Positions 58,731-64,000 of a DNA stretch of 64,000 nt are shown piece by piece. Source of the DNA: Nitrospinaceae bacterium (GTDB lineage Bacteria; Nitrospinota; Nitrospinia; Nitrospinales; Nitrospinaceae); NCBI GenBank assembly GCA_965237905.1, contig OZ250172.1, forward strand, positions 2,880,001-2,944,000. Direction: 5' to 3'. Each line of letters opens with the position of its first letter. Position 1 is the first letter of the stretch. The notes below the pieces were generated by a model. That model saw only the letters and a program-made list of their open reading frames with translations, did no database searches and was not told the origin of the DNA. The position numbers were made by a program, and so were the translations under genes.

Positions 58731-60995
58731 TTAATGAAGGCGCACTCCATACCCGCTGGAAAAGGGGAGGCCGTGGGTGGGATTGAGCGGATCCAATAGA
58801 ATCAGCTTTTCTGGGCCGTTGATACCATCTTTAATGACCAGCCTTTCATCTTCCACTTGTATGAGCCGGTATACTGGGGAACCATAACCCATGTGCATTC
58901 CTATAAAACCGTTGTCTCCAAAATAAAGGCATTGGGCCTGCGCCCGGTCTTCCATCTGGAACAGATTGTGGTCGATGGGATTGGGCTCCCGTTGATCCAC
59001 AGTGGGAGCGAAATGGGCCTTGATGGAACGGTAAGCGTTCCTGATCTCCGGTAACGGGGTGTAGAGATAGGATCCGGGATCGGTAATGCGGTCGATTCCA
59101 TCGATTTGAAGTTCGATGGACAGTGCATCATTGTGCGCGTGACCGCCATTCCCATTTTGTCCTACAGGCCCACAACGAATCGATAAAAACATTTTAGGCG
59201 AAACCATCAGGTACAATCCAAAATCGGGAAAGCAGATATACTCCAAGTCGAATTTTAAGTTGTGTCCGTGGGCGGAAATTTCGTAGGTATGGCACTGTTG
59301 AGGAGAAAGTTCATCCAGTTTCTGCTTCCCTTCATTCCATGAAGAGTCGGTCCCGAAAGTGTGGTTATGTGTGTCAGATGTCGAAGCTTTTGCGTTAGAA
59401 GACGAAAACGTGTTTCCACCAGCCAGGTCACAAACGATCTGGGCTTCAATGTTCAACGGCTCCGAAGAATCGGCCTGCTGTCCGAACAAAGCGTCAATAG
59501 CTCGAATCAGGTGTGAATGATTCAAGTGATCTTCAATCCAATACTGGGTTATAGATTCAGACTCTGTGTAGTCGTGCAGATTTTGATACAACGCATGAAT
59601 TTCGTGCCATTCGGCCTTATGAAATTCCGGAAGCAGTTTTAAAAACCGTCCACTGTCATTATCTCCGATTTGTATGGCCTGTCCGTTGGGTTTCATGACG
59701 GCGCGGGTGAAGTCGGCTATCCGCCTCAGTTTTTCGAAATGAGTCGGGGGAAGCGGACTCGTTTGATCCAACCCTGGAACCGGGAAAAAGGGTAACGGTG
59801 CTTTTTCAAGTTTCGGTCCGGGAAATAATGAAATCGGAGGATAGAGTTTGAGAGCTTCCCGCTTGTTATCGGGAAGCCCCAGAATGAGAACTGTTCCGTA
59901 AAGCATCATTTCCGCGGAAAGCCGGTGGTAACTGGTCGAAGCTTCAAAATTGGAGCCATCGGGGTGAAATTGTTCTTCCATGGCGTGAATGAGTTCCTGA
60001 ACGGAAAAAGCCAGCCAGGTATCGGTTTCCGGGGATCGCGGCAAGTAAGCCGAGACGAATAGGAGACCCATGATATCTGCCAGATAATGGTTACTTCTCA
60101 AGGTCGGGTTCCACTCCAGATTTTGAATGATGTGAAGACCGTGATCATAGATGGAGTTCTTCAAAGCCTGCTCAAACTCCGGATCGAAAGAGACTCCCTG
60201 AGCTTTGAATAAATCATAGGCCACCAGCCAGTTGGATACCCGGATGCCGACGTCCATCGGACAATGCCAGTTCACACCGAACCGTGGGGGATTGGTCGCG
60301 ATAAAATCCAGAATCTGGTTTCTGAATTCGTTGGAATACGTTTCCGGGAGTTGTTCTCCTTCCGACCCTTGCGAGGCCAGACCGTAGGCGCGCGCCAATT
60401 GTGGGAGGTGCTGCATACGCGACAACTCCCAGGGAACTTTGATATCGACTCCAGGCAGAGGAGCCGGAGAGCAATAGGAAGAAGGTTTTTTCTCTTGCCA
60501 TCGATATCCGGACTTAAAATCAAGTTGCCAATCGATTGGGGTGTATTCGTGCGGAATCATTCTCCAGACTTTTCTGGAGTAGGTTTTGTTGGAAGCGTTA
60601 ACTCGGCGTTTCAGCCAGATTCCCTGAGGGTCTATTTTGTGAGCCGATCCCATCGAATATCGATAACTTTCCAAACCCCGGCAGTCCAACCCATGCCGTA
60701 TTTGGATCCACCCTGAGCCCAGAAGATCAAAGGTATGATTCAAGTAGAGATCGGCGAGGGACAACGTTTGCTCTGAATCGGCGGTTAGAGAATCCAGCGG
60801 CGGGTTTTTTAAGAGAGCACCAAGAGGAGCGGCTGTTCGTGAAAAATTTCGGGTATAGGTGGGACGCAAAAAATCCAGTTTTTGGACAATGCTCGATTGC
60901 CATTGACGGTGAACCAAACGCAGGCTTTTTTGCAGAATGATTCGAGGAGGTTGAGAGAGGATCGCTTTTATGATTTTTTTTAATCGCAAGGACAC
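58731..60995 (-). CDS. Heparinase II/III-family protein (start uncertain)
   Basis: DIKVPWELSRMQH, NHY, FEASTSYH, GDNDSG, GHAHND..DPGSYLY. Confidence 0.85.
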   Translation of the reverse strand: MSLRLKKIIKAILSQPPRIILQKSLRLVHRQWQSSIVQKLDFLRPTYTRNFSRTAAPLGALLKNPPLDSLTADSEQTLSLADLYLNHTFDLLGSGWIQIRHGLDCRGLESYRYSMGSAHKIDPQGIWLKRRVNASNKTYSRKVWRMIPHEYTPIDWQLDFKSGYRWQEKKPSSYCSPAPLPGVDIKVPWELSRMQHLPQLARAYGLASQGSEGEQLPETYSNEFRNQILDFIATNPPRFGVNWHCPMDVGIRVSNWLVAYDLFKAQGVSFDPEFEQALKNSIYDHGLHIIQNLEWNPTLRSNHYLADIMGLLFVSAYLPRSPETDTWLAFSVQELIHAMEEQFHPDGSNFEASTSYHRLSAEMMLYGTVLILGLPDNKREALKLYPPISLFPGPKLEKAPLPFFPVPGLDQTSPLPPTHFEKLRRIADFTRAVMKPNGQAIQIGDNDSGRFLKLLPEFHKAEWHEIHALYQNLHDYTESESITQYWIEDHLNHSHLIRAIDALFGQQADSSEPLNIEAQIVCDLAGGNTFSSSNAKASTSDTHNHTFGTDSSWNEGKQKLDELSPQQCHTYEISAHGHNLKFDLEYICFPDFGLYLMVSPKMFLSIRCGPVGQNGNGGHAHNDALSIELQIDGIDRITDPGSYLYTPLPEIRNAYRSIKAHFAPTVDQREPNPIDHNLFQMEDRAQAQCLYFGDNGFIGMHMGYGSPVYRLIQVEDERLVIKDGINGPEKLILLDPLNPTHGLPFSSGYGVRLH

Positions 60996-62590
60996 CGCTC
61001 CTTTAGTTTCTCGATAATTTTTCGCGTGTGTTCCTTCCAAGTGTATTTGGCGATTACTTCGTGTCGCGCGGCTTCACCCAGGCGCTTGCCTATTTCTGGA
61101 TTATCGATCATGGTTTTCAGGCCGTGCATCAAAGATTCTGCATCTCCAGGTTTAACCATCCAGGCAGTATGGTCGTGTTCGAGAACTTCGCCGATTTGAT
61201 CGAGGTCGGACGCGATAATGCCCTTGCCCATAGCCATGTATTCAAACAACTTGGTGGGTGACCCGAAGAAGGGGGTTCCATCAGAGTTGGGAACATGGGG
61301 CGAAGCCAGCAGATCACAAGCGGCCAAATATGCGGGCCCTTCCTCTTGGGGTACGACTCCGGTAAGAATGCATTCTTGTGTCACTCCATAAGTTTCCAAC
61401 TCTTGTTGCACTTGTGACATCGTGTGACCATTGCCTATCATTAATAGGCGGATATTATTGCGGTATTGAGGATGCTTTTGGATGAGTAAACCGAAAGCTT
61501 GTGCCAGAATCTCAGCACCATGCCATTTTCCAAAGGTGCCGATAAAACCGATCACCGTTTTATCTTCCAGATTAAGTTTACGGCGAATATCCGATCCGTC
61601 AACCTCAGGGAAATAGATTTCAGGGCTTACACCGTTGGGATTGACCAGGATTTTATCGCTTTCAATACCTCGTTCGATCAACTCGTCCCTGGAAGGGGCG
61701 CTGACTACGACCACCACATCGGCACCGCGCAAATTCAACATTTCAATTTGCCCGGCAATTTTTTCATATTTTAAAGCTTTGCCCCAAACTCGACTGACCC
61801 AGATTTCAGAGCCGTTGTACTCCAAAATGAATGGAATATTTCTGGAAAACGCCAGTTGCAGGCCTGAATAATTGTAAAGAGCGTACCGTTGGTAAACAAA
61901 CGATAAGGTTTTTTCTCTTAAAATGCGATTTGAATCGGATAATAATTGATTGTTGTAATACAGAAGTGGAAGTTCCAGGAAATCCAGGAAATGCCTTTTT
62001 GGAAGGATAGTATGTATTTCGATATTACTATTGATCTTCGAAAATGAGGTTGTGGTTAAAAAAATTGGAGGGGCTGTGAACGTCTCAAGGTTGTTCAGTA
62101 CGCCTACTGTATGGCCCACGGAACCCCCGGCTTTCAGTCCAAAGCAGTGGTCCGATCTCATATATACCGGTTGAGCCGACAAGTTAGATGCTGTGGTTTT
62201 GTTTTGAGTTTTGATTTTTTCCGAAATGCTATTTACCTCATCGATCGTTTTTTTGATAAGTGATGCCTTTGCCGAGAAATCTTTTGTGAACTTAAGAAAT
62301 ATTTGTGCAAAATGCGTGATGGACATGGGTAAATTTTTTCCCTGCTCATCCCGGATACGGCAATCTCCGAAAGTGAGCAGGCGGAGGGCAAGTGAAACAA
62401 GGAAAGGTTTTGTTGTGAAATCCCAATTGGAAGTATAGAGGCAGGCTTCCTTGTAGCGGAATAGATGCTTTATGATCGACCCGGTTCGTATCCATTGTCC
62501 CAATTCATGAATGGGGACCACTTGTGTATCGGCTGAATGCTCGGGTTTCTGATCAGCTTCCCGTAAGATTAAAATTTTTGAAAATTTCAT
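60980..62590 (-). CDS. Glycosyltransferase family 4
   Basis: NPNGV, GFIGTFGKWHG, SPTKLFEYMAMGK; ATGA overlap with the flippase gene. Confidence 0.92.
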   Translation of the reverse strand: MKFSKILILREADQKPEHSADTQVVPIHELGQWIRTGSIIKHLFRYKEACLYTSNWDFTTKPFLVSLALRLLTFGDCRIRDEQGKNLPMSITHFAQIFLKFTKDFSAKASLIKKTIDEVNSISEKIKTQNKTTASNLSAQPVYMRSDHCFGLKAGGSVGHTVGVLNNLETFTAPPIFLTTTSFSKINSNIEIHTILPKRHFLDFLELPLLYYNNQLLSDSNRILREKTLSFVYQRYALYNYSGLQLAFSRNIPFILEYNGSEIWVSRVWGKALKYEKIAGQIEMLNLRGADVVVVVSAPSRDELIERGIESDKILVNPNGVSPEIYFPEVDGSDIRRKLNLEDKTVIGFIGTFGKWHGAEILAQAFGLLIQKHPQYRNNIRLLMIGNGHTMSQVQQELETYGVTQECILTGVVPQEEGPAYLAACDLLASPHVPNSDGTPFFGSPTKLFEYMAMGKGIIASDLDQIGEVLEHDHTAWMVKPGDAESLMHGLKTMIDNPEIGKRLGEAARHEVIAKYTWKEHTRKIIEKLKERCPCD

Positions 62591-63909
62591 TGGCTTGCAG
62601 GTAAACCGGAACGAAGATATTTTCGAGTATAATAAAAATGGAAAATGATCAAGAGTAAAAAGCAAACAATGGAAGACATGGCAGCTCCCACAATCCCATA
62701 TTTTTCAATCCAATAAAAATTGAGGACAATATTGATTCCAAGAGTTGAGAAATTAAAAGGAATGGTAGTCCAGGGTACGTAAATGGAAGCGATGAAGGTG
62801 CTGAATATGGAATTGGCGGCCATCAGAAACTTGCAGATTATTAAAAATATAAAGGCAGGGACGCACCCTATAAAAGGTTTTCCATATAAAAGATGAATGA
62901 TGGGGTGTGCCAGAACAGCCACGCCAATGCATATAACCGCCATAATGATCAGCATAACGATCCCGGTATTTTTGGACAATTTCCATTTTTCCCCGATATG
63001 GGTAATTCCGCTTAACTTTGGAAACAAGAGGGTGGAAACAACCATAGGAAATAAATAAATCATATCAGACATATTGACGGCTATATCATAAAGCCCCACT
63101 TCCTTTTTGCCCAGTATCTGGTTGATCATAAGCATGTCTATCCTCAATAATAAAAACCCGACAAGACTGCCGAGGTATGCTTTGATTCCATAAGGAAGGT
63201 GTCTTCGGAAAAGGGATTTGGAAAGATGAACCGGGCGGGCGATGCGTTTGTTCAGTATATTGAAAGACCAGATAAAACAGACCAGCAGTGCCAGAAAAGA
63301 AGTAGCGAACAATGAACTTGGAGAAACCCAGCCTGACAGAACCACCGCAACAATCAGAATGATAGAAATGGCCTTGTTGTATATTTCCAGCTTATTAAAC
63401 GAGCGTATGTCCTGAATGCCCAGCACTAAGTTTTGATTGAGCAGATAAGCCAGTCCAAAAGGGATCCAGACGAGTGCTATAATCAGAAGCGGACCATGTA
63501 TGGGAGGGATTTCAGGGAAGGCATGAAAAATTAATCCGACGATAACCGCGCATAGTCCCCCCATGGAAAAACTGACTAGCAAGCTGTTTCCCATCAACGG
63601 GGAAAGCAGATTGGGGTCGCGAGCCACGTAATAAGTGTTAGAGGAGTGAAGGCCCAGGTTGGTAAATTGAACCCCCAGTATTCCAATGATCATGGCCAGG
63701 GCATAAAGCCCCCGCCCTTCAGGCCCCAGGGAACGGGCTACGATAATACTGGTCGCTAGACTGAATACAATCAGCAAAACCCGAGTCGAAAAGGTTTCCA
63801 GTACCTTTTGAATGAAATCGGAAGGAATGGCAATGTGGAAGCGGCTCAGAAATTTTGAGGTAACGCCGGGCAAAGAAGAGGAATGTTCCGAGTGGGGGTC
63901 AGGAGCCAT
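62587..63909 (-). CDS. Wzx-like polysaccharide flippase
   Basis: Many TM helices, ARSLGPEGRG, RIDMLMI..G...VGLY, YGIVGAA; start uncertain. Confidence 0.88.
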   Translation of the reverse strand: MAPDPHSEHSSSLPGVTSKFLSRFHIAIPSDFIQKVLETFSTRVLLIVFSLATSIIVARSLGPEGRGLYALAMIIGILGVQFTNLGLHSSNTYYVARDPNLLSPLMGNSLLVSFSMGGLCAVIVGLIFHAFPEIPPIHGPLLIIALVWIPFGLAYLLNQNLVLGIQDIRSFNKLEIYNKAISIILIVAVVLSGWVSPSSLFATSFLALLVCFIWSFNILNKRIARPVHLSKSLFRRHLPYGIKAYLGSLVGFLLLRIDMLMINQILGKKEVGLYDIAVNMSDMIYLFPMVVSTLLFPKLSGITHIGEKWKLSKNTGIVMLIIMAVICIGVAVLAHPIIHLLYGKPFIGCVPAFIFLIICKFLMAANSIFSTFIASIYVPWTTIPFNFSTLGINIVLNFYWIEKYGIVGAAMSSIVCFLLLIIFHFYYTRKYLRSGLPASQ

Positions 63910-64000
63910 GGGAACCTGCGTTCTGGGAAGCTTTACAGGCGACAAAAAAACTGGAGGCGCCCTGTGGGAAAATTGTTCCCAAAGCGCAATTGGCCCTGAT

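Overview
Bacterial chromosomal window with mostly housekeeping genes. The gene set and style suggest a Nitrospinota-like organism (inference only). Contents from left to right: a cytochrome c, typA, a dense two-component cluster (3.4-14.7 kb), a Zn/Mn-type uptake operon with an RSPP-ending leader ORF, a His-less pseudo-kinase, a GAF-GspE/PilB ATPase, stress genes, tRNA-Pro(GGG) with a tiny att-flanked islet, a B12 radical SAM enzyme, an RND pump, tmk-ubiX-desulfurase-thiI, folK, dapL, a cobalamin uptake/salvage operon with two B12 riboswitches, a loop-deleted (CC-adding-type) tRNA nucleotidyltransferase, and the edge of a polysaccharide locus. The standout is at 8.3-12.7 kb: five tandem ~0.9-kb cassettes. 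Each has its own sigma-54 promoter, a small secreted protein and an intrinsic terminator. Each protein has a conserved signal peptide, a swappable core, a Pro/Asp linker and a conserved C-terminal C-x11-C-F motif. The array lies between an NtrC-type sigma-54 activator and a PAS histidine kinase, and decayed fragments of those two genes' 3' ends mark the duplication junctions. All calls come from reading the sequence; no database searches were run.
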